Shown in pieces: positions 1-8,353 of a DNA stretch of 64,000 bases (positions are counted from its first letter, which is position 1; the number at the start of each line of letters is the position of its first letter). Below the pieces are notes generated by a model. That model ran no database searches. It saw only the letters and a list, made by a program, of their open reading frames with translations, and was not told the DNA's origin. The position numbers were made by a program, and so were the translations under genes. This DNA comes from an uncultured Candidatus Saccharibacteria bacterium (lineage in GTDB: Bacteria; Patescibacteriota; WWE3; 2-01-FULL-39-13): the NCBI GenBank assembly GCA_964510925.1, contig CAZEDS010000004.1:500-64499 (forward strand). The letters run 5' to 3'.

Positions 1-453
1 AATACTATTTATGTGAGTATCTGTGGCGAAGGATTAAAAGATTGTTTTTATAAAGATGGCGGACAATATATCCAGATGTTTAGAAAGCCTGAAAGACAAT
101 CTCTCTCAGATGCAATTAAAGAAACATTTTTAAAAAATTATAATGAGTCTGATTGTGTTGTAACTCCAGAATTAAGTCTTCAATTACCTGACAAAGGTGA
201 AAATAAAACAGAATATATTATTTCAAATATTGATGTTGCAAGTTTAGAGACGCTTGAGAACTATGACCAGTTGAATGAACAAATAAAAAAATGCCCAGCA
301 CAATATACAAAAAATAATGGGACTTCATATTTTATAATGTCAAAAAATCATTCTGATCGTTTTTATTTTGTTCGGATTGGACAATATGGAATTCCTGCTG
401 GAGCTGATGCTTCTATTGATGGATTATGGCAAGATAATTTAGAAATCCTTTAA
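1..453 (+). CDS. hypothetical protein, 5'-truncated by window edge
   Basis: Frame is open from base 1 to TAA at 451-453; no recognisable motif. Confidence 0.6.
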   Translation, partial: NTIYVSICGEGLKDCFYKDGGQYIQMFRKPERQSLSDAIKETFLKNYNESDCVVTPELSLQLPDKGENKTEYIISNIDVASLETLENYDQLNEQIKKCPAQYTKNNGTSYFIMSKNHSDRFYFVRIGQYGIPAGADASIDGLWQDNLEIL

Positions 454-473
454 TAATATGTTTTTGATAAAAA

Positions 474-1949
474 ATGTATTTATACAAAAAAGAAAAGTAT
501 AAAGTTTTAGAAGGTTCTAAAACCAACGCAGTATTATGTACTTGTTGGTTTGACCCATTTATTGTTGAGTCTAAATTTCCACAAATAAAAAAATATTTTT
601 CAATTACAGGAACGCTTTATAGCAAAGAAGGTGTTTCCATTTTGTTGCGAAATTTAGCGTTGAATCCACATATAAGATATTTATTTGTGTGGAGCAACAC
701 GCCACTTTCTAATACCCCTTTTGGTATTGCTGGTAGGGCTTTATTGGATGCTGTTTGGTCCGGGAACTTTGATCCGAATGATATTCACAAAGAAATTGAT
801 CGTGAAATTATAAAAAAAATTACTGACAATGTGGAGCTAATTCATTTTAAAAATGAATCTTTTGAACAATCTTTGTCGATGGCAGATTCTTTTGATAAAA
901 AAAATATCAATGAATATATGGACCCGATCTCCTTTGCTGATCCTGTTCGAGATGAATCAGTCCCATTTCCGTCTGAAAAAGTTGGCTGGCTTGTGCGTGA
1001 AAAATCAATCTATAGAGCTTGGTTAAACGTAGTCGAAAAGGTAATGAGATATGGATCAATAAAACTTACTGAATATGGAAATAACCAAAGAGAGCTTCAA
1101 AGTATTAATTGGATTATTGATAATGAAAGCTTTCCAAATATATATTTGCCTGATTTGGATTCAAAATTAATGCAAATTATTGGATTAAATGAAGAATCTT
1201 TGGCTAAATATAAAGAATCGCTTTTGGATTCCAAAATACCAAATGGTGTGGCATACACATATGGATCTAGGTTACGTTCTTATTTTGATATTGACCAAAT
1301 TGATATTCTTATTAATCAATTTAAAAAGGCGAATATTACTCGACGTGCTGTTGCAATCACCTATATTCCACAAATTGATACCACACATAGTTCTCCGCCA
1401 TGCTTAATTTTTGTACAACTTTTAATCGATGTTGATAATAAGTTGAATCTTTTTGCGTTATTTAGATCTCACGATATTTTTAAAGCGGGACTACCAAATG
1501 CATTTGGACTATTAAGTTTGCATGATTATATTTGTCAAAATTTACAGCTAAAGCGTGGAACACTTTCCATTCAAGATATTTCTTCGCACATATATGAAGA
1601 AGATTGGCAGAATGCAAATGACTTATTAAAATGTCAAAAATGGTCAGACATAAAGATTCAGTACAACGAAAATACAGAAACTGATCCACGGGGTATTGTT
1701 AGAATTTCATTAATGAATAAAAAAATTAATCTTGAGATTGTAAACTCAAACGGAGTTTTGGTTTTTGAAGACACCTCAGAATCTGCACGTGCTTTGATAA
1801 TGCGAATTTCAAAATTAGAATTACTTTCTATTCCAGCTCATCTTGCCGATATTTGTATTGAGCTTGTTAAAGCTGAAATTGCACTACAAATGGATCTTGA
1901 ATATGTGCAAGATCGTTTATTAAAATTCGGTACAGCCACTATAAAATAA
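474..1949 (+). CDS. thyA: thymidylate synthase with N-terminal MtrA-like and C-terminal DUF4346-like domains
   Basis: ThyA motifs YTYGSRL, TRRAV, PPC (catalytic Cys), FRSHD, SSHIYEED. N-terminal GTLYSKEGVSILLRNLALNPHIRYL is MtrA-like. C-terminal DPRG...HLADICIELVKAEIAL...YVQD is DUF4346-like. Confidence 0.8.
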   Translation: MYLYKKEKYKVLEGSKTNAVLCTCWFDPFIVESKFPQIKKYFSITGTLYSKEGVSILLRNLALNPHIRYLFVWSNTPLSNTPFGIAGRALLDAVWSGNFDPNDIHKEIDREIIKKITDNVELIHFKNESFEQSLSMADSFDKKNINEYMDPISFADPVRDESVPFPSEKVGWLVREKSIYRAWLNVVEKVMRYGSIKLTEYGNNQRELQSINWIIDNESFPNIYLPDLDSKLMQIIGLNEESLAKYKESLLDSKIPNGVAYTYGSRLRSYFDIDQIDILINQFKKANITRRAVAITYIPQIDTTHSSPPCLIFVQLLIDVDNKLNLFALFRSHDIFKAGLPNAFGLLSLHDYICQNLQLKRGTLSIQDISSHIYEEDWQNANDLLKCQKWSDIKIQYNENTETDPRGIVRISLMNKKINLEIVNSNGVLVFEDTSESARALIMRISKLELLSIPAHLADICIELVKAEIALQMDLEYVQDRLLKFGTATIK

Positions 1950-1952
1950 CTT

Positions 1953-3449
1953 TTAGCATTCACCACCATATATAGAAATATTCGGTTGGTTTAACATGCA
2001 TGAATTATTGTTGATCGTTTCGAGATTTTGTTTTTGCATCGATCGTATTCTCATGCATTCTAAACCTAAAAGATTGTTTATAAATGATTTATAAAATGCT
2101 GTAGTTGAACAAAATTTACTGACGTCTCCATTGTTTTCTGCTTTTCGTAGTCTAGGACATCCAAGTCCTCCGTGTAAGAATAGATAGTCAAAACTTTTGC
2201 TATCAAAATAGGTGAGCCCATTGAGATGTTGCATCGTATCCTTATATTTTTCGTTTACGATATCTAAAATATTTTCACCATTTTTTATGCGCTCAAAATT
2301 ATCTTTCATTTGGAATAAATCTTCATGGCATGGAGCTGCTCCTTCTGGGCCACAAGCCACATAATTTATTCCACTACCGCAAGTATATGGGGCAATGCCT
2401 GTTAAATTTATGTAATCAATAACACTTAGGCTTTGTATTGGAACTTTATTTTTTATCATCTGTTTAATTTTAGAGAAACCACGATTGAGTCCTTTCAGCA
2501 TAATAGAATACATTTTTTCAGATAATTCTTTGCTAATTCCACTTTGCGGTCTGAAAAACGCTATAAATACTGTGACCGGATGTTTGTTGCTCCAGTTTTT
2601 CCCGATAAATTTAGGCGAATTGATATCCCACATTGTTTCTATGAATTCTGGAAAATTATGTGCATTCGCAGGTGTTAAAACATAGTTAACGCTGTAATCG
2701 AGTCCGAAATTATCTATTGCTGAAATATTTTTGGTTATTACTTCATATGTTTCCATTTTATTTCTAGGCTTTCTTGAATTGTCTTGGACGCTTCCCGTTC
2801 CCCATAAACTTACGCTTAATGAAATATTATTTTGTTTAAAGAATTGTGCTTTTTTTTCGTCTAAAAAAACGCCATTAGTTAAGACTATTTGCTTAATATA
2901 TAAATTGGGATATTTATTTTTTAGCTCATTAATTTTATCTTGAGCTTGTAAAATTAAATCGTAAGACATTTTTAACAGAGGTTCGCCACCAGCCCATTTA
3001 ATTTTTATAGTTTTCATTTTTTTATCGTTTGCAGATTTTGCGAATGATTCTAGGTATGTTTCTAGTTTTGCTAAGTCTAAAGTTATTGCTTTGTTTAAGG
3101 GAATTCGGTCAATTGAAGTTGTGCATCCTGGGCATGAAAAATTGCATGCTTCTGTTAATTTTACGTACATTTGCGCATTATCTGGATTGTAATCAAGTTC
3201 GATTTTGACTTGCTCGTCATTTTTGTGGATGATTAAATTTTTTTCTAATATCGAAATATGTTTTTTGTTTATGCTTTCAAAATCATCATTTTGAATCGCT
3301 TCAATTGTTTTCCATTCAGCTCTATTTAAAAAATATATTTCGTTATTTATCGGATGGTATAAACCGATATTTTTTTTATTTCCTTTTCGATTAAAATAGG
3401 GCTCATTAATAATTTTTACGCCGTTGAATAGACGATATTCTTGAGTCAT
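1953..3449 (-). CDS. radical SAM enzyme with SPASM/twitch-type C-terminus, putative peptide maturase
   Basis: CNFSCPGC (CxxxCxxC), WAGGEPLL, LTNG, SVSLWG; C-terminal CGSG...C...PCH, GGLGCP, FC. The ~90-aa N-terminal extension is RRE-like in length and pattern. Confidence 0.9.
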   Translation of the reverse strand: MTQEYRLFNGVKIINEPYFNRKGNKKNIGLYHPINNEIYFLNRAEWKTIEAIQNDDFESINKKHISILEKNLIIHKNDEQVKIELDYNPDNAQMYVKLTEACNFSCPGCTTSIDRIPLNKAITLDLAKLETYLESFAKSANDKKMKTIKIKWAGGEPLLKMSYDLILQAQDKINELKNKYPNLYIKQIVLTNGVFLDEKKAQFFKQNNISLSVSLWGTGSVQDNSRKPRNKMETYEVITKNISAIDNFGLDYSVNYVLTPANAHNFPEFIETMWDINSPKFIGKNWSNKHPVTVFIAFFRPQSGISKELSEKMYSIMLKGLNRGFSKIKQMIKNKVPIQSLSVIDYINLTGIAPYTCGSGINYVACGPEGAAPCHEDLFQMKDNFERIKNGENILDIVNEKYKDTMQHLNGLTYFDSKSFDYLFLHGGLGCPRLRKAENNGDVSKFCSTTAFYKSFINNLLGLECMRIRSMQKQNLETINNNSCMLNQPNISIYGGEC

Positions 3450-3550
3450 ATTTTTGTTGTAAAAATATTAACGAATGAATTTTTTAGATCAGGGCAAGCA
3501 CAGTTGCATTGATCATTTTTTATGATTGTGTAAAGTTTTAGTTTTTTCAT
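3446..3550 (-). CDS. putative RiPP precursor peptide A (34 aa, MKKLKLYTIIKNDQCNCACPDLKNSFVNIFTTKI)
   Basis: Hand-translated from the minus strand. Its TGA overlaps the rSAM ATG (ATGA). Paralogous to the peptide at 3610-3714. Confidence 0.8.
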   Translation of the reverse strand: MKKLKLYTIIKNDQCNCACPDLKNSFVNIFTTKI

Positions 3551-3610
3551 GTACCTACTATATGGTTTGGTACATGAAAAAACTTGAGTCTAACCTGAGT
3601 GTTCCTGAGT
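3540..3610 (-). promoter_or_regulatory. promoter/operator region of peptide A and the rSAM gene
   Basis: -10-like TATAGT 6 nt before the ATG; 16-bp perfect inverted repeat (3540-3555 / 3569-3584); three ACTCA(G/A)G direct repeats at 10-11-bp pitch (3583-3610). Confidence 0.55.
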
Positions 3611-3714
3611 TATTTTTTAATTTTGGTAACTTTGATTTTTGAATCTTCCGTATTTGGACATGCGCAATCGCATTGATGATTTTTTACTGGTTTTGTTAAT
3701 TTAACTTTTTTCAT
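3610..3714 (-). CDS. putative RiPP precursor peptide B (34 aa, MKKVKLTKPVKNHQCDCACPNTEDSKIKVTKIKK)
   Basis: C-terminal part of track ORF 3610..3813. The ATG at 3714 gives a peptide that aligns without gaps to peptide A. Confidence 0.8.
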   Translation of the reverse strand: MKKVKLTKPVKNHQCDCACPNTEDSKIKVTKIKK

Positions 3715-3817
3715 ATGACACACATTATTGATATTTTGTTTTGCGGTTGCATTACTGTTTCTTATAACCTCTAGTATTCTTACTTTTTCCTTACTTTGGT
3801 ATAATATTGGCAAAATT

Positions 3818-4894
3818 ATGAAAAAGTCGGATGCCTCTAATATAAAGTATAAATTTAACTTAGGAATTGAAGCTGAAATGGTTCAATTTTATCGGGTAGC
3901 TCAAAATGAAAGCGCATTAAACTCAAATCGGGGTTTATTTTATGTTCTTCCATATCTTCCGAAAAGCTACGCCGATAGCCTCAAAACATGTTATTTCCCT
4001 GATCTTTCTTTACAGATAGATTTAAATGATTGGGTAAAGCTGAAAAAGAACAATTTTTATGCATACAATTCTTTGGCGTCGTACAAGAAGATCTTTTCTG
4101 GGTTGGCGGAGCATATGCTTCCAAAATCATATAAACAGAAATTAGTTGCTGACTTTGAATCCAAAAAACAGGGCTTTTTTGAAGATTTTAATAAAATTTT
4201 TGGTAAAACAGAGTTTCCGTTCTCAGAAATAGAGATCAACGTGATTTCGACTGGAACATTTGCTTCATACGATTATAAAGATAATAAAAAGCTTGAGCTA
4301 TATATTCGTGGAGATATGGCAGTCGATTTTATTTTTGAGCTTGTATTAACTGGATATCTGAGAAGAACTTATATCGACCATAAATTGAATAAAATTGATT
4401 ACGAAAATTTTGCGAACATTAATGAATGGATTGAGACAGAAAGTATTTCTGATTTTTTGATGACTGAAACAATTCTAAATAAATATTCAAAGAATTTTGT
4501 TCCGACTTTAAAAATTGTCACTGCAATTAATAATGAAGAATTGTTTAATGAATCACAAGCCTATCGTGAAAAACTGGGATTTGATACTTCTGTTAATAGT
4601 CGAATTTTAATTGATATGAATAAGAATCTTTGTTACAACAATAAGCCAATTGTTGGTTTGACTTTGCATGAGAAAAAAGTTCTTATGCTTCTTTCAGATA
4701 ATATCAATAGCACAATTTCTTATGAACGAATTGCAGAAGCACTTTGGGGACAAAATTATATTGAAAAATTCTCATTAGTTTATATAAATAAATTAATTTT
4801 TAGTGTCAGGCAAAAGCTAAAATTAAATCGATTACAAAATTTGAAAATCGATACGTTGCGAAGCTCTGGCTATATCTTGAGAAAAACAAATTAA
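3818..4894 (+). CDS. transcription regulator with C-terminal OmpR/PhoB-type winged helix, no receiver domain
   Basis: C-terminus LTLHEKKVLMLL...ISYERIAEALWG...IFSVRQKL...IDTLRSSGYIL. ATG 3818 follows TGGTATAAT. Confidence 0.8.
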   Translation: MKKSDASNIKYKFNLGIEAEMVQFYRVAQNESALNSNRGLFYVLPYLPKSYADSLKTCYFPDLSLQIDLNDWVKLKKNNFYAYNSLASYKKIFSGLAEHMLPKSYKQKLVADFESKKQGFFEDFNKIFGKTEFPFSEIEINVISTGTFASYDYKDNKKLELYIRGDMAVDFIFELVLTGYLRRTYIDHKLNKIDYENFANINEWIETESISDFLMTETILNKYSKNFVPTLKIVTAINNEELFNESQAYREKLGFDTSVNSRILIDMNKNLCYNNKPIVGLTLHEKKVLMLLSDNINSTISYERIAEALWGQNYIEKFSLVYINKLIFSVRQKLKLNRLQNLKIDTLRSSGYILRKTN

Positions 4895-4904
4895 GCTAAA
4901 TACT

Positions 4905-6005
4905 ATGAAGATACATTCTGATTTAGATTATCCATTACTGCCAGAGACTTTGATTTCGATGGCTGAAAAAATTTCGAAATCTTCTGATGCCGGTCAATCA
5001 ATTTCATTTGTATTTGAAAAGGATATTGGGGGAGAACGTGCGTTACTAAGTTTTATTTATGATAATCGTGAATCAAAAGATTTTCAGAGATTTTTCAAAG
5101 ATAAGCTCGTATATAAATTTGATTTTTCGAATTTGCTTGAATATTCATTGGTAGGGTTTTTTTATGAGCTAAACAAAATTTTAAATCCTGGTGAAACATT
5201 GCCATATGAAAAATCTTCGATTGATTTTCTTCAATTGAAAATAAGAGACTCAATATCTAAAAATGTTGAAGCTGGGATACAAACAATTATTTTTATGCCT
5301 AAAGTTGATTCAATACCAAATTTTGATCAGTTGTATGGAAACCAATTAATGAATGTGTGGCGCTTAGATATTAACAAGCAAAAAATTGTATTCGTTTTCT
5401 CGATGGAAAAACATAAATATCAAAATTTTATTAATGAAAAAAGTGGTGATCTTAAATCTGTTTTGTTACAAAATCTTAATTTTATAGATAGATTTTCAGA
5501 AGAGGATATTAAACATAGTATTGAATATTGGCTTAAAAAGCTTGATTTTCAAATTGATCAAGAAGAATTTCGTTTAATTGTAAATTTGTCTGAAGGCTCA
5601 GCATATAAATCAAAATTACTTACTCAACATGTTGCTCAATTTCCTAAGCTTGGAAAAAATGAATTGGAACTTAAATTAAAAGAATTATTAAAGATAAGAT
5701 TTGAATTTTCAAATTCAAATGCAAAGCTCAAAATTATCGATGGGAATGTTTTTTTAGAAAACAAAAAATTCGAGGGAATAACTTCAACCGAATCTGATTT
5801 ATTGAAATTGTTTATTAATAACGAAGACACTGTGGTGAGTCGTGAAATGATTGCGGATTTATTATGGGGTAAAGAAAAATATGAGAAATATTCTGATTGG
5901 GCAATAGATAAACATATTTCAATTATAAGAAAAAAGTTAGAACAAAACTCGCTTGATGCGCATATCGAAACTATTAAAGGTTCTGGTTATAAGTTTTCTC
6001 AATAA
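4905..6005 (+). CDS. transcription regulator with degenerate AAA-like N-terminus and OmpR/PhoB-type winged helix
   Basis: C-terminus ITSTESDLLKLF...VVSREMIADLLWG...SDWAIDKHISIIRKKL...IETIKGSGYKF. Confidence 0.8.
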   Translation: MKIHSDLDYPLLPETLISMAEKISKSSDAGQSISFVFEKDIGGERALLSFIYDNRESKDFQRFFKDKLVYKFDFSNLLEYSLVGFFYELNKILNPGETLPYEKSSIDFLQLKIRDSISKNVEAGIQTIIFMPKVDSIPNFDQLYGNQLMNVWRLDINKQKIVFVFSMEKHKYQNFINEKSGDLKSVLLQNLNFIDRFSEEDIKHSIEYWLKKLDFQIDQEEFRLIVNLSEGSAYKSKLLTQHVAQFPKLGKNELELKLKELLKIRFEFSNSNAKLKIIDGNVFLENKKFEGITSTESDLLKLFINNEDTVVSREMIADLLWGKEKYEKYSDWAIDKHISIIRKKLEQNSLDAHIETIKGSGYKFSQ

Positions 6006-6007
6006 TC

Positions 6008-7474
6008 ATGAATGAACAAGATTCTAATGCTGAAACATTAGAGTATGATGAATATTTTGATTTAAATTTAATTCCTTCAGCTTTACTTAAAGATGCTGAT
6101 ATTGTTATGAAGCCATTTGAGTTTGGCGGCATAAATGAAACTTCACTTTTAACATATTCGCTATCGAAAGTGCTGGAGGCTAATGATAAAAAATTTTTAG
6201 AATTATCGGAAAATCCATATCATACAGTATCTTTAAACAGAGAAAGAGGTGGAATTGTATTAAGAATACAAACTCTTTTATCTGATTTACAGGAATCAAC
6301 TCAATGTGCATTTTTTATCGTAGGTGGTGCTGCCAGATCTTTGATGTCTCCAAATGATGAAAATCAAAGATTTAATGATTTGGATATTTGTATGATGCCA
6401 ACAAAATTTCAGAGTCCCGTTGATTTTATAAATTCAATTCGAAAATTTTTTTCAAGTCATCCAGCTATAAAATTGACGGCTCCTGAATATTCATATAATA
6501 ATTCAGTTTATCAAAATTCGTTTCCTCCTAATTTATCGACATTTCCAACATATTCAAAATATGAATATAATAAAAACCATACATTCGTAGGAGGCCTTCG
6601 TCCATCTGTTCGTAATGGCAATAATGATATAGAGATTAGACATGCAAGAGTTATACGTGTTTATCAAAAACATAATTCGCAAGCGATTAAGATTGGACTT
6701 TCAAAATATAAATATGATCGTAATGATAACTATATCTGTGTTGAGCTTGATTCTCCTAATTTTGAAGATGATTTTTGTGTTCCTCCAGTTTTTTTAGATC
6801 CTGAAAATCCATATTCAGTTGTGTTAATGCCAAATGGTCAGATTCTATCTTTAGAGATAAAACGTGATAAACCAATTAATACAGGTAATTTTAGTGCGAA
6901 GGATCAGTTTACATTTGCTACGAGAATTTTTTCAAAGCAAATCCCATTGATGAAGGTTCGTGAATCAGATCTTGGTACTTCATTTCCTATTGCAAGGTTA
7001 GAGAATGTAGAAATGGTTTTTAAAAATCAATTTCATGAGTTATTCGATCCTCAAAATGCTAAGGATTTAAATTTATGGAATTTTAATATTGCCATGAAGA
7101 TGCAAGAATATTTTGCTAAAAGTTTTAATGCTAATCCTGAAATTTTTAAATGTATGCTAACCCCTGAATTTTTTAACTATATGTGGAATGTTTTTCCAGG
7201 CTTAACAATGAAAATTGGACCTCATGTTGTAAAAGATTTTAATATGCAGTTCCCGAGATCAAGTACGACAAAACTTAGTGATGTTTATAAGTGCTTGTAT
7301 TATTTGTGGTACACAAAAGGGAAAACTTCTCCGATGTCAAAATTCATTAATTTAATTCCCGGTGTAGCTGATGAAATTGAAAAACTACAAGCTCGGAACA
7401 CAGGTCTGTGGAGCTTTGGATTTAATCATTTGGCATATGTTGAGAATAAGCGTAGACAAGCATCTAAAACATGA
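6008..7474 (+). CDS. divergent class II nucleotidyltransferase (CCA/poly(A) polymerase head-like)
   Basis: FFIVGGAARSLM...FNDLDIC matches the VGGxVRD...DxD signature; the rest is divergent. Confidence 0.55.
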   Translation: MNEQDSNAETLEYDEYFDLNLIPSALLKDADIVMKPFEFGGINETSLLTYSLSKVLEANDKKFLELSENPYHTVSLNRERGGIVLRIQTLLSDLQESTQCAFFIVGGAARSLMSPNDENQRFNDLDICMMPTKFQSPVDFINSIRKFFSSHPAIKLTAPEYSYNNSVYQNSFPPNLSTFPTYSKYEYNKNHTFVGGLRPSVRNGNNDIEIRHARVIRVYQKHNSQAIKIGLSKYKYDRNDNYICVELDSPNFEDDFCVPPVFLDPENPYSVVLMPNGQILSLEIKRDKPINTGNFSAKDQFTFATRIFSKQIPLMKVRESDLGTSFPIARLENVEMVFKNQFHELFDPQNAKDLNLWNFNIAMKMQEYFAKSFNANPEIFKCMLTPEFFNYMWNVFPGLTMKIGPHVVKDFNMQFPRSSTTKLSDVYKCLYYLWYTKGKTSPMSKFINLIPGVADEIEKLQARNTGLWSFGFNHLAYVENKRRQASKT

Positions 7475-7729
7475 TTTTTTAGAAAATGGTATACTTTGCT
7501 CAGAACTCTGACAGTGTTTGAAGTATCGAAGTTCCATTTTTTTGCTTTACGTTGTAAGTGCAGGTAATTTGGTCAACTCCGTTAAGTTTTAAGAAATTAA
7601 AATTTATTGGATCCTTCATATTTCCCATCTAAAGAGTGAGTGTGAATCCGTCTTAAAAGGCGGTTTCAAGCTGTTTTAGACTAAAAACTAGAATAGCGAA
7701 GTTCAATTATTTAGGAGGTGAATTTTTAA

Positions 7730-8047
7730 GTGACCAAATTATACGTTGGAAATCTTCCTTACAAGATTACTTCAGAAGACCTAAAGCAAATGTTCTCCGC
7801 ATATGGAGAAGTAACTGCTACAGTCATTATGGACAAAATGTCAGGTAGATCAAAAGGCTTCGGCTTTGTTGAACTAGACGATGCTGTTTCAGAACAGGTT
7901 ATATCTGAGATGAATGGCAAAGACATGGAAGGCAGAGCTCTCGTTGTTAATGTCGCCAGACCTATGGAAGACAGACCAAAGAGACCTTTCGATAATAACA
8001 GAGGCGGCGGCCGATCAGGCGGCAGCTTCAGCAGAGATCGTTATTAA
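7730..8047 (+). CDS. RRM (RNP-1) RNA-binding protein with Gly/Arg-rich tail
   Basis: KLYVGNL (RNP2), RSKGFGFVE (RNP1); AGGAGG SD upstream of a GTG start. Confidence 0.95.
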   Translation: MTKLYVGNLPYKITSEDLKQMFSAYGEVTATVIMDKMSGRSKGFGFVELDDAVSEQVISEMNGKDMEGRALVVNVARPMEDRPKRPFDNNRGGGRSGGSFSRDRY

Positions 8048-8117
8048 ACATTAGATAGGACTAGTATCTGCCTTTTGGTTAGATACTGGTTTATCTTGGT
8101 TTTGAGATATCTCTAGA

Positions 8118-8145
8118 AAAAGGCCCACGAAAGTGGGTCTTTTTT
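8118..8145 (+). terminator. intrinsic terminator
   Basis: AAAAGGCCCAC-GAAA-GTGGGTCTTTTTT downstream of the RRM gene. Confidence 0.8.
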
Positions 8146-8165
8146 GTTATATGACACTTTAGTAA

Positions 8166-8316
8166 AAAACGGGTCTGACCCATTTTATTATCCGTTAATA
8201 ATTCGATTTTTGTTGGTTTTCCGGACTATTTCGGTTTTGGCTCGTAAAAGTTTTAACTAAAATATTAAATCTCCCTAAGACAAAAATCTTAACAGTTCAT
8301 AAAACGGGTCAGACCC
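8166..8316. repeat. pair of AAAACGGGTC(T/A)GACCC palindromes
   Basis: Copies at 8166-8181 and 8301-8316. Confidence 0.6.
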
Positions 8317-8353
8317 TATCTGAAAAGGGTTATTTCATATATAATAGTCACTT

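Noticed and set aside
3715-3813. N-terminal extension of track ORF 3610..3813, and the 3728 start of the regulator
   Set aside because: The two extensions overlap each other across the divergent promoter region. ATG 3714 matches the paralog's start, and ATG 3818 follows a -10 box.
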